A DNA stretch of 25,083 nt from a virus (lineage: Duplodnaviria; Heunggongvirae; Uroviricota; Caudoviricetes), in the IMG/VR virus record IMGVR_UViG_3300027304_000003. One strand, 5' to 3'. Position 1 is the stretch's first letter; each line of letters opens with the position of its first letter. The position numbers were made by a program, and so were the translations under genes. This document shows positions 16,179 through 25,082 of this stretch, in pieces. A model generated the notes under the pieces. It ran no database searches. It had not been told where the DNA came from and worked only from the letters and a program-made list of their open reading frames with translations.

Positions 16179-17477
16179 TTAAATATAAAGTTTTTCTTTT
16201 TCTGCTAGTTTAGCATCTAACTCTTGAAGAGCTTTTATCATTACACCTAATGAAGAGTTGATATCAATTCTATCATGTTTACTTGTAGCTAGTTCCTCTG
16301 GAGTATCTTCAGCTATGAAACCTATTCTAGTTGTATCATCCTGTCCATCCAGTTCATATTTATATGTAACTATCTCCGTACTATCTATTAGATCCATAGC
16401 AGATGCTGTAAATGGTTCTATGTTAGTCTTAACTTCTTCTGTAGATACAGTGAAGAAATAAGTAGATCCTATCGAAGCAAATGTATACCATCCAAATCCT
16501 TCTCCAAAAAAGGTTGGAGTTGAAGGACTTATCATTCCTCTATGACCACCTTGGTAAAATCTTTGTGCAGTATACCATTGACTTGTTGTTACACCTCCTT
16601 CAAAAACTGAATTATTACTAGCATTCAATGATTGGTTATTACTATTTGATGGGCCCTGAGGACCTTGAGCCCCTTGAGGACCTGTGGGTCCTTGTGGTCC
16701 AGGACCTCCTGTTGCACCTATTGGTCCAGTTGGTCCTTGAAAACCTGTAAGTCCTTGTGGACCTTGTGGACCTGTAGCACCAGTAGGTCCATTTACCCCT
16801 GATACACCACTAGATCCTGTTGAACCAGTGGGACCTTGTGTTCCTGTTGGACCTGTAGAACCAGTGGGACCATTAACTCCTGAAGAACCTGATGTTCCAG
16901 AAACTCCTGATGAAGCTGAAGATCCTGAAGAACCTGATGTACCACTTCCACCTGATGCACCTGTTGTAGCAGAAGAACCATTGGTTCCACTTGATCCAGA
17001 CGTACCACTTTCTGCAGACGTTCCTGAAGATCCACTCGTACCACTCGTACCTGTTGTACCAGATTGAGCAGAGTCACCTGCTGTTCCTGATGATCCACCT
17101 GTTCCAGATGAACCTGCAGATGCACTTGTGCCAGAGGTTGCAGCTGTTCCAGATGTACCAGAACTATCACTTTCTCCAGACGTTCCCACTGTAGCACTAG
17201 TACCAGCAGTACCAGCAGTACCAGCAGTTGCTGAGATACTTGATGTACCTGATGTAGCAGCTGTTCCATTGTATCCTGTTAAAGATACAGTCCAACTACT
17301 ATATGATCCAGATCCTTTATAGTCATATGGAGTGATTACTAATACACCAGTACCAGAATCATAAGATACAACTCTACCAATTATATAATTATTAGCATCA
17401 TAACTTACTTGGACGAAGTCATTGACAACGAACGCAAGTCCTGTACTAACATTAAATGTCATATTAGAGTATGGCAT
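16179..17477 (-). CDS. Tail fibre: N-terminal module + GTS/GSS array + GPT/GPQ collagen + short tip + peptidase S74 chaperone
   Basis: S74 signature STEEVKTNI...IGFIAED...ALQEL. Confidence 0.85.
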   Translation of the reverse strand: MPYSNMTFNVSTGLAFVVNDFVQVSYDANNYIIGRVVSYDSGTGVLVITPYDYKGSGSYSSWTVSLTGYNGTAATSGTSSISATAGTAGTAGTSATVGTSGESDSSGTSGTAATSGTSASAGSSGTGGSSGTAGDSAQSGTTGTSGTSGSSGTSAESGTSGSSGTNGSSATTGASGGSGTSGSSGSSASSGVSGTSGSSGVNGPTGSTGPTGTQGPTGSTGSSGVSGVNGPTGATGPQGPQGLTGFQGPTGPIGATGGPGPQGPTGPQGAQGPQGPSNSNNQSLNASNNSVFEGGVTTSQWYTAQRFYQGGHRGMISPSTPTFFGEGFGWYTFASIGSTYFFTVSTEEVKTNIEPFTASAMDLIDSTEIVTYKYELDGQDDTTRIGFIAEDTPEELATSKHDRIDINSSLGVMIKALQELDAKLAEKEKLYI

Positions 17478-17479
17478 AA

Positions 17480-17848
17480 TTACTGATTGTTATTTTGTAA
17501 CCAAGTTGGTTTAATTAAAACGACTTTAGGAGTCACTTTATCTTCAAGTCTTTTATCTATCATGTTAGCTTTTATCCAAGCCATGTTTCTTTTCTTTCTA
17601 TTCTCACTAATCTCAACCCACGATTGAAGTACTTGAGGAGTTAATTGCTCAAAAGCAATGAACTCACCAGGAGCAACATCAGGTTTAATAGTAGTAGTAG
17701 CAGAGTATCTTTCTTCATGTATATTACCTGCAGCATCAACTGCTGTACCAACTAGAAACCAACTAATCTTCAATACAACTTGAGAATGACCTTCTAACGT
17801 TGGTGCTACGTGCAAATCATCAAGTATGAAATTATAATTAACTACCAT
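17480..17848 (-). CDS. Small phage protein, probably fibre-associated
   Basis: YNF...VV.KISW...G......FIAFEQLT...L.SWV resembles small proteins recalled beside S74 fibres; located between fibre genes. Confidence 0.5.
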   Translation of the reverse strand: MVVNYNFILDDLHVAPTLEGHSQVVLKISWFLVGTAVDAAGNIHEERYSATTTIKPDVAPGEFIAFEQLTPQVLQSWVEISENRKKRNMAWIKANMIDKRLEDKVTPKVVLIKPTWLQNNNQ

Positions 17849-17858
17849 ATCTTTATTT

Positions 17859-19142
17859 TTATAAATTATCTATTTTTTTGTTTAGTTCCTGTAAAGCTTT
17901 TAAAGCAACACCTATACTGTTAGTGATATCCATTTTATCATGATTTGGACCTGCAAATTCTTCAGCTGTATCATCTGCAATGAATCCTAACTTTACATGA
18001 TTATACATTGGATTCTCAAGTTCATATTCAACTATATCTACAGTGTTTATTAAATCAACTGCACATGCTTGATAAGGTTTAATATCTGTCTTATATATTG
18101 ATGAAGATGTACCAAAGTAGTTACTAGAACCTACTACGCCAGCAGAAACCCAGTTACCATTACTATACCAATATGCTCCTTGATTAGCACTACATGCTGC
18201 TTGATTTTGAATTCTCCATCCACCACCAGAATAAGCTTCATTCTGAGTAACTGTATTACTAAATTGAACAGCATCTCCTTGGTTAAGTGATTGATTGTAA
18301 ATTGTCTGAGGGCCTTGTCCACCTGGAGAGCCTGTAGGGCCTTGTGCACCAGCTGGACCTTGAGCACCCCCTGGACCAGTGCCCCCTTGAGGACCAGTGC
18401 CACCTTGTGGACCTCTTGGTCCTTGTGCTCCTTGTGCTCCTTGTGCTCCTGTTGCACCATTAACACCAGATGTACCACCTGCTCCTTGAGCTCCAGTGGG
18501 ACCAATTGGCCCTTGTCCACCAGTAGGACCTGTGGGTCCATTTACTCCTGATCCACCACTTGGACCACTTGCACCAGCTTTACCTGATCCACCACTTGCA
18601 CCAGCAGATCCAGATGTACCATTTGATCCTGAGCCACCACTGTTACCAGCTGAGCCTGAATTACCATTTGATCCTTTTCCACCAGCAGCTCCTGATGTTC
18701 TACTATTACCAGAACTACCATGAGCTCCAGCTTTACCACTAGATCCAGATTGACCACGTGTACCTGACGTACCTGTTGTTCCTGCACTACCAGCATCTCC
18801 TGATTGACCAGAAGTATTTGACTTACCTCCTTTACCAGAACTTCCTGATTGACCAGGTGCTCCATCTTTACCTGAGCTTCCACTTTCACCAGCTTTACCT
18901 GATGAACCTCCAGAAGCAGATGTTCCAGAAGAGCCAGGTGTACCAGTTAAGTTAACTGTCCAAGAGCTATATGTACCACTACCTTTCCAAGCAGTGGGAG
19001 TAATTGTTATTGAACCTGTTCCTTTATTATATGACACAACAGTACCAATGACATAGTTATCAGCATCATGGCTTAATTGTACATTATCACCTGCTTGATA
19101 AGCTAGCTCAGTATTTATATTAAAGGTCATGTTAGCTGGCAT
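17859..19142 (-). CDS. Tail fibre with Lys-containing G-X-Y array, collagen segment and S74 chaperone
   Basis: SSSIYKTDI...LGFIADD...ALQEL. Confidence 0.85.
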   Translation of the reverse strand: MPANMTFNINTELAYQAGDNVQLSHDADNYVIGTVVSYNKGTGSITITPTAWKGSGTYSSWTVNLTGTPGSSGTSASGGSSGKAGESGSSGKDGAPGQSGSSGKGGKSNTSGQSGDAGSAGTTGTSGTRGQSGSSGKAGAHGSSGNSRTSGAAGGKGSNGNSGSAGNSGGSGSNGTSGSAGASGGSGKAGASGPSGGSGVNGPTGPTGGQGPIGPTGAQGAGGTSGVNGATGAQGAQGAQGPRGPQGGTGPQGGTGPGGAQGPAGAQGPTGSPGGQGPQTIYNQSLNQGDAVQFSNTVTQNEAYSGGGWRIQNQAACSANQGAYWYSNGNWVSAGVVGSSNYFGTSSSIYKTDIKPYQACAVDLINTVDIVEYELENPMYNHVKLGFIADDTAEEFAGPNHDKMDITNSIGVALKALQELNKKIDNL

Positions 19143-20451
19143 TGTTCTTCTTATTTTGTAGGTTTACAATTCTTGCGTCAATCTCTTGTATAGCTTTTAA
19201 AACAAATGCTAAGGTACAACTTATTTCCATTTGATTTTTTGAATCAGTGGATAATTCTTTAGGAGTATTTTCAGCAATAAATCCTATTCTCTTATCCTCA
19301 TCACATTGTTCTATCTCTAAATTATAAGATACTATATCAACTTGTTTTAATAAATCCACTGCAGAAGGAGCATATGATTGGATGTTAGTCTTAGTATCTC
19401 TAGTTGATGTAATATAAAAACTAGCAGCACCTAATGATGCAGGAGTATACCAACCTGGACCAAAGCCTGTCCAACCTGCACCTTGATTTGCACCTTGCAC
19501 AAATTGCTTATAGTTATTAAAATATGTTCTATAATTTATTGTAGGAGCAACAGCACCAGCAAAGTTTGTAAAAACCATTGTTGGGCCTGCGTTAATATTC
19601 AAATTTTGATTATATGAAGCAGATGTACCTGTTGGTCCCTGAGCTCCAGTAGCTCCAGTTGGGCCTTGCCCTCCAGTAGGTCCTTGAGGTCCTTGTGGAC
19701 CTGGAGCACCTGCAGCACCTGGTGGACCTTGTCCACCAGCAGGACCTGTTGGACCTTGAGGACCAGTAGCTCCAGAAGATCCAGAAGCACCTTTGCCACC
19801 TGTTGCTCCTTGAGGTCCTGTTGGACCTATAGGTCCTTGAGGTCCTGTAGCTCCACTTGATCCAGAGGTTCCAGTTGTACCAGTAGATCCAGCAGTACCA
19901 GTAGATCCAGAGGTTCCTGAACTACCACTTGTACCTGATGCACCAGATGTTCCACTTGATGCACTACTTCCACTTGTTCCTGAAGTACCTGCTGTACCAG
20001 CAGATCCAGATGTTCCAGTAGATCCTGAGTCACCAACTGTTCCTGAACTAGCAGAAGTACCAGAAGATCCACTAGAATTACTTTCTGCAGATGTGCCACT
20101 TGTACCTGTAGATCCTGAACTGCCTTCTGTTCCAGCTGTGCCAGTTGTTCCAGCAGTTCCTGTTGTACCATTTGTACCAGAGGAACCACTTGTTCCAGCT
20201 GTACCTGTAGTACCAGATGATCCTGCAGTTCCAGCACTTCCATTGTATCCAGTGAGGGTTGCTGTCCAGCTACTAAACGTACCTGATCCAACTGCCTCAT
20301 ATGGAGTAACAACTAAATCACCAGTGGCTGGGTTGTAAGATACAACCCTACCAGTGATGTAGTTATTTGAATTAGCTGCAACTTTGACAAAGTCATCCAC
20401 TTTGAATGCACGACCTGTGGTGATATTGAATGTTATATTACTGTAAGGCAT
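19132..20451 (-). CDS. Tail fibre with GTS array, collagen segment and S74 chaperone
   Basis: STRDTKTNI...IGFIAEN...AIQEI. Confidence 0.85.
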   Translation of the reverse strand: MPYSNITFNITTGRAFKVDDFVKVAANSNNYITGRVVSYNPATGDLVVTPYEAVGSGTFSSWTATLTGYNGSAGTAGSSGTTGTAGTSGSSGTNGTTGTAGTTGTAGTEGSSGSTGTSGTSAESNSSGSSGTSASSGTVGDSGSTGTSGSAGTAGTSGTSGSSASSGTSGASGTSGSSGTSGSTGTAGSTGTTGTSGSSGATGPQGPIGPTGPQGATGGKGASGSSGATGPQGPTGPAGGQGPPGAAGAPGPQGPQGPTGGQGPTGATGAQGPTGTSASYNQNLNINAGPTMVFTNFAGAVAPTINYRTYFNNYKQFVQGANQGAGWTGFGPGWYTPASLGAASFYITSTRDTKTNIQSYAPSAVDLLKQVDIVSYNLEIEQCDEDKRIGFIAENTPKELSTDSKNQMEISCTLAFVLKAIQEIDARIVNLQNKKNNAS

Positions 20452-20460
20452 ATATATTTA

Positions 20461-21804
20461 TTAAGCAGGAGGTAATGTTTCTGTTGTACCACTTGTTCCT
20501 GAGTATATTGTTGTTTCACCTGATGTTGCTGCAGTTCCAGAAGAAGCACTTGTACCTGCTGAGGCACTTGTGCCAGATGTCCCACTTGATCCACTTGACG
20601 CAGACGTTCCATTAGTACCAGATGTTCCACTAGTACCAGAGCTTCCATCAGTACCTGATGTACCACTTGAACCTGATGTACCACTAGTTCCAGATGAACC
20701 ATCTGTTCCTGATGTAGCATCTTGTCCACTTGTACCAGCAGATGCTGAAGTACCTGCAGTACCTGAGCTACCACTTACACCAATAACGTTAAAATAGAAT
20801 ACATCATTAACATCTGGATCAGGACCTGCAGAAGCAATCTGTGAAACAGAGAATTGCTCAAAGCCAGGCTCCAATGGATCTCTTGCTGTAATTAATAATA
20901 TTTTATATGTATTCTTATCATCATTCTTAACTATCTTAAGAACTGTATTAGGTTGTAAATAGTCAAGGTAAGATGAGAAGTTAATTGCTGGGTCATAAGA
21001 TATGTTGTCAATAGCAATGCTTGTTGTAGTTGTACCCCAAGTTAAGCCACTGCTTAGAGCAAAGAAACCACTGCCTGGATCTGTTCCTGTGTTTGTAGAA
21101 CTAGATAATCTCCAAGTAGCTAAGTTACCATCCAAACCTTGCAAACCAGAAGTACCTGATGTACCATCACCTCCAGCAGCACCACCTAAGTTCACTTGCC
21201 ATGCTGTGTATGTACCAGAACCAGCAGTAGCACTAACGCTAACTGACATGGCACCTGTACCTGCGTCATATGATAACACATCACCACCCATACTATTACT
21301 TATGTCATAAGCAATAACTACCACCTGTCCTACAGTGTACGCTAACCCTGTACCAACAGTTAAGTTTTGTGTACCAGTTCCTATTGTTAAGCTACTAACT
21401 GATGTTGTTTTGTATAAGTCTCCAGAAAGACCTGCTGTACCAGAAGATCCACTTGTACCAGAAAGACCAGAAGTTCCAGCAGTTCCACTAGAACCATTGG
21501 TTCCTGAGCTACCATCTGTTCCACTGGAACCATTTGTTCCACTAGATCCATTGGTTCCACTAGAACCATCAGTGCCAGATGTTCCACTTGATCCTGGTAT
21601 ACCTGAACCAATTACAGTCCAACTAGTATATGTACCACTACCAACATAGTTTGTTGGTTCAAATACTAAGATTCCTGTAATTGAATCATATGTAACCACT
21701 TGACCATATAAGAAATTATTCTCATCATTGATCACTTGGATGTACTGACCAAGAACAAAGTTCAAATTAGGTTGTACTGTTATTGTAATATTAGCGTAAG
21801 GCAT
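20461..21804 (-). CDS. GTS-repeat fibre/adaptor with two copies of the ~65-aa module and one further globular domain
   Basis: N-terminal and internal (21187-21420) modules ending GSGTY.(S/A)W.V; domain DPGSGFFAL...YLDYL. Confidence 0.75.
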   Translation of the reverse strand: MPYANITITVQPNLNFVLGQYIQVINDENNFLYGQVVTYDSITGILVFEPTNYVGSGTYTSWTVIGSGIPGSSGTSGTDGSSGTNGSSGTNGSSGTDGSSGTNGSSGTAGTSGLSGTSGSSGTAGLSGDLYKTTSVSSLTIGTGTQNLTVGTGLAYTVGQVVVIAYDISNSMGGDVLSYDAGTGAMSVSVSATAGSGTYTAWQVNLGGAAGGDGTSGTSGLQGLDGNLATWRLSSSTNTGTDPGSGFFALSSGLTWGTTTTSIAIDNISYDPAINFSSYLDYLQPNTVLKIVKNDDKNTYKILLITARDPLEPGFEQFSVSQIASAGPDPDVNDVFYFNVIGVSGSSGTAGTSASAGTSGQDATSGTDGSSGTSGTSGSSGTSGTDGSSGTSGTSGTNGTSASSGSSGTSGTSASAGTSASSGTAATSGETTIYSGTSGTTETLPPA

Positions 21805-21827
21805 TTATATTTATTTTATATTTTTAT

Positions 21828-24413
21828 TTATATTGCACAAGTTGCAGAACAATCTGTTCCAGCTGATGCAGCTGTACTAAGATCAACAATAGGTGTTCCA
21901 GCTGGAGCTCCAAAGTTAACTTGGTAAACATAACCATCACCTATATTGTAATAATCTCCATTAGTTAATAATACTGTAGAAACTGCAAGTATTGATGGTG
22001 CAAATAGTGTACATCCTGGACAGTTATATTGATCTACATTATAGTAGTATACAGGTGCTGCTGTTGTTGTAGTAGATGTTGTAGATGTTGTACTTGTTGT
22101 TGTTGTAGCTTCAGCAGGAGGAATAGTGATTGAATCTCCAGATGTACCTAATGTACTTGTTGATGTACCAGAAGTTCCTGTTGTACCTGTTGTACCAGCA
22201 GTACCTGCTGTTCCACTAGATCCATCAGTTCCAGTTGTACCAGCAGTTCCACTTGAACCATTAGTACCTGAAGTTCCACTAGTGCCTGAACTTCCATCAG
22301 TTCCACTTGTTCCACTTGTACCACTTGATCCATCTGTACCTGTTGTTCCACTTGTTCCACTAGAGCCATCTGTACCAGAGGTACCAGAAGAGCCATCTGT
22401 TCCTGAAGAACCATCTGTACCTGTTGTACCTGAGGTTCCACTAGATGCAGATGTTCCTGATGAACCATCAGTACCAGCTGTTCCAGCTGTACCACTAGAA
22501 CCTGAAGTTCCACTTGATCCATCAGTGCCACTTGTACCTGAACTACCATCAGTTCCTGAACTACCATCAGTGCCAGAAGTTCCAGACGAACCATCTGTAC
22601 CACTTGTTCCTGCAGTTCCAGATGAACCTGAGGTTCCACTAGAAGCTGAAGTACCACTTGATGCAGAAGTACCACTAGAACCATCTGTTCCAGTTGTACC
22701 ACTAGTACCACTTGAGCCATCAGTTCCAGTTGTACCTGACGTACCTGTTGTACCACTTGTTCCTGTAGTGCCACTTGTACCAGAAGAACCAGAGGTACCT
22801 GTTGAACCTGACGAACCAGAAGTTCCAGATGATGCAGATGTACCACTTGATCCATCTGTAGCAGATGTTCCAGATGTTCCAGAAGAAGCAGACGTACCAG
22901 ACGTTCCACTTACTGCCACACCAATTTGTTTAGCGTATGCAGTTACTGCTGGAGCAGCAGGAGATAAATATGGACTGATTAATTGAGGAATTGCTTTGAT
23001 CCTAGCAGTGCTATCGTCACAAGCAAAATACCACTCAATATAATCACCTGGTAGTAAGTTTATAATTTGTGCTGTATGTGGTAATTGTTCTACTTCTTGA
23101 CCAACAAGTTCAATAGAAACTTTACTATTAGCTAAATCAGAACCATTAAGTCTTAACCATACATTTAATGTAGCACTACCAGGAGTTTGTTTATCAACAA
23201 TTGCTGTGAATGCAAACTCATATTGTCCAGGATATGCTACTACCAATCTTGATCCCAAGACATTTGTAATACCATATGATAATTCTGTATTTGTATAATA
23301 CCAAGCTGTTGGTGTATTCGCAGCACTAACTTGTTGAGATACTGAAGAATACCACTGACCATACCAGTTAGCAATGGCTGTACCAGAGCTACCATCTGCA
23401 CCAGATGTGCCTGAAGTACCAGATGTTCCAGGAACACCAGAAGTACCAGCTGTTGCTGATGTACCATTAGTACCAGACGTACCACCTGATCCTGTTGATC
23501 CTGTACCTCCTGAAGTACCAGAAGTACCTGTAATACCACTAGAACCATTGGTACCACTAGAGCCATTTGTTCCACTTGATCCACTAGTTGCACTTGATCC
23601 AGAAGATCCTGAGGTTCCTGTAGATCCAGATGTACCAGAGCTTCCACTTGTACCACTAGAACCATCACCACCTGCTGCTCCAGCTAAGTTAACTGACCAT
23701 ACTGAGTATGTGCCAGAACCAGCAACGTCTGTAGGAGTATCAAAAGTCAACACTCCTGTAGTAGGATTATAAGAAATTATCTCAGAAGTTTGGTGATTGC
23801 TTGCATTATATGCTATGATTACGTTCTGTGCTGCTGTATAAGCTAAGCCTAATCCAATAACAATAGAACCTGCAGCACCTAATGTAAATGTGCTACTAGA
23901 TATAGTTGCATATCTGTCACCTGAAATACCAGAAGAACCTGCTGTTCCTGAGCTAGCAGATGTTCCACTAGATGCAGAAGATCCAGACGTACCACTAGAG
24001 CCTGAGCTACCAGATGTAGCAGAGGTTCCTGATGTACCATTATTTCCACTAGAGCCAGAACTGCCTGATGAACCTGATGTTCCAGCAGTACCATTCTTTC
24101 CAGAGCTACCAGAGCTTCCTGATGTACCAGCTGTACCTGAATTACCAGAGCTAGCAGAAGTACCAGCAGTTCCTGAAGTGCCTGACTTACCACTAGAACC
24201 TGCTGTTCCAGATGTGCCATTCTTTCCAGAGGAACCAGAGGTACCAGACGTACCATAGCCAGCTGATGCAAAAGCTGCATCAATCTTCTCTAATGCTGTT
24301 TGTAAATTGTCGTTAGTATTAATACCAGAGTATACAAGGTATGGGCCTTCGTAGAATACGCAGGTCGAATCCAGTATTACTGGGCAAGGGATTGCTTGAC
24401 AGGTGACGTTCAT
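21828..24413 (-). CDS. Large GTS/GSS-repeat virion protein: Cys-containing N-terminus, internal module, C1q/BclA-C-like domain, poly-Thr stalk, Cys-rich C-terminus
   Basis: CVFYEG...NDNLQTALEKID; internal module at 23685-23918; beta-sandwich at 22921-23370; TTTTSTTSTTSTTTT; CPGC...CSATC. Confidence 0.75.
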   Translation of the reverse strand: MNVTCQAIPCPVILDSTCVFYEGPYLVYSGINTNDNLQTALEKIDAAFASAGYGTSGTSGSSGKNGTSGTAGSSGKSGTSGTAGTSASSGNSGTAGTSGSSGSSGKNGTAGTSGSSGSSGSSGNNGTSGTSATSGSSGSSGTSGSSASSGTSASSGTAGSSGISGDRYATISSSTFTLGAAGSIVIGLGLAYTAAQNVIIAYNASNHQTSEIISYNPTTGVLTFDTPTDVAGSGTYSVWSVNLAGAAGGDGSSGTSGSSGTSGSTGTSGSSGSSATSGSSGTNGSSGTNGSSGITGTSGTSGGTGSTGSGGTSGTNGTSATAGTSGVPGTSGTSGTSGADGSSGTAIANWYGQWYSSVSQQVSAANTPTAWYYTNTELSYGITNVLGSRLVVAYPGQYEFAFTAIVDKQTPGSATLNVWLRLNGSDLANSKVSIELVGQEVEQLPHTAQIINLLPGDYIEWYFACDDSTARIKAIPQLISPYLSPAAPAVTAYAKQIGVAVSGTSGTSASSGTSGTSATDGSSGTSASSGTSGSSGSTGTSGSSGTSGTTGTSGTTGTSGTTGTDGSSGTSGTTGTDGSSGTSASSGTSASSGTSGSSGTAGTSGTDGSSGTSGTDGSSGTDGSSGTSGTDGSSGTSGSSGTAGTAGTDGSSGTSASSGTSGTTGTDGSSGTDGSSGTSGTDGSSGTSGTTGTDGSSGTSGTSGTDGSSGTSGTSGTNGSSGTAGTTGTDGSSGTAGTAGTTGTTGTSGTSTSTLGTSGDSITIPPAEATTTTSTTSTTSTTTTAAPVYYYNVDQYNCPGCTLFAPSILAVSTVLLTNGDYYNIGDGYVYQVNFGAPAGTPIVDLSTAASAGTDCSATCAI
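22140..24255 (-). repeat. Three coding Gly-X-Y (GTS/GSS/GTD) arrays, synonymously diversified
   Basis: 9-bp periodicity from cc(a/t) every third codon on the plus strand; interrupted by two globular domains. Confidence 0.9.
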
Positions 24414-24511
24414 GTTTTTAGATTGTAATGTTATAACAATTTTTTGCTATACATATGTGTATGATATACAAGAAGGTGCATAACTAGCCATAGCATATGC
24501 ACCTGTATTAG

Positions 24512-24540
24512 CAAAAATAGTGAATTTAATTTATTTTCAA
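24512..24540 (-). promoter_or_regulatory. Bacteroidota-type promoter TTG-N18-TATTTTTG for the fibre operon
   Basis: Minus strand TTG at 24540-24538 and TATTTTTG at 24519-24512, in the 165-nt intergenic region. Confidence 0.55.
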
Positions 24541-24578
24541 TGAGTTAGGAAAAGTATTACTACATAATATAGCAATAA

Positions 24579-25082
24579 CTATCTAACAAATCCATATTGT
24601 GCTTGGGCCCTAATTCCTAGGTCTTTGGCTGCTTGAGGATAGAACATTGGTAACCAAGATGCAAACTGATTCAAACCAGGAACAGCTTTCATACCATATT
24701 TAAGTACAAAGTTTTTATCTGCAGCTTTTTCATCTCCTGTAACTATGTAGTAGTTTTCTAACATGAAATTGTTAAAGAACTTTACATAGTTTTCAATAAG
24801 ACCTTTTGCTGGGAAGAAACCTTGTGAAACTAGATTAAGTATGCTTGTAGGATTGTAGAAATATAAAAGCTCATCCTTAAGTTTATCTGTTGCTTTGACA
24901 AAGAATCTGTGTTGGTTTTTGCTAAGCTCATCATCATCTGGAGCGTATGCTTTAACTCCAGCATATAAAGAAACTAATGTTAATAAGAAGATGGTATCAA
25001 GTAACTGAGCCTTAACATTCTTTACATTTAAATCCATGAATGCCACTTCATCCATTTCTAGTTCCTTACCTGTATCTGATTC
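24579..25082 (-). CDS. C-terminal end of a larger protein (probably a large virion protein), truncated by the window edge
   Basis: The frame stays open upstream of the listed ATG 25055 (ESDTGKELE-MDEVAF...). Function not recognisable. Confidence 0.6.
   Translation of the reverse strand, partial: ESDTGKELEMDEVAFMDLNVKNVKAQLLDTIFLLTLVSLYAGVKAYAPDDDELSKNQHRFFVKATDKLKDELLYFYNPTSILNLVSQGFFPAKGLIENYVKFFNNFMLENYYIVTGDEKAADKNFVLKYGMKAVPGLNQFASWLPMFYPQAAKDLGIRAQAQYGFVR

Noticed and set aside
20461-20481. C-terminal ETLPPA as a sortase signal
   Set aside because: Lacks the LPxTG Thr-Gly, the following TM helix and the basic tail; the host appears Gram-negative.
22140-22915. Ice-binding or ice-nucleation role for periodic Thr
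   Set aside because: Thr spacing is irregular and no TxT ladder is present; nothing beyond G-X-X similarity supports it.
16648-24255. CRISPR-like or DGR-like repeat system
   Set aside because: The repeats are in-frame 9-bp coding units without spacers. No reverse transcriptase and no template/variable repeat pair differing at adenines was seen.
22126-24258. Long plus-strand Pro/Val-rich ORFs (22126..22986, 23374..23772, 23890..24258; also 1749..2021, 16828..17067, 20570..21649)
   Set aside because: Antisense shadows of Gly-Thr-Ser codons (VP(D/E)VP repeats). They are stop-free because of repeat codon content and end where the arrays end.
16793-24283. Alternative-frame minus-strand Gln/Val/Leu-rich ORFs (e.g. 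16793..17269, 18134..18541, 19827..20312, 22148..22909)
   Set aside because: Frame-shifted read-outs of the same arrays. No slippery site or independent start context was seen to support programmed frameshifting.
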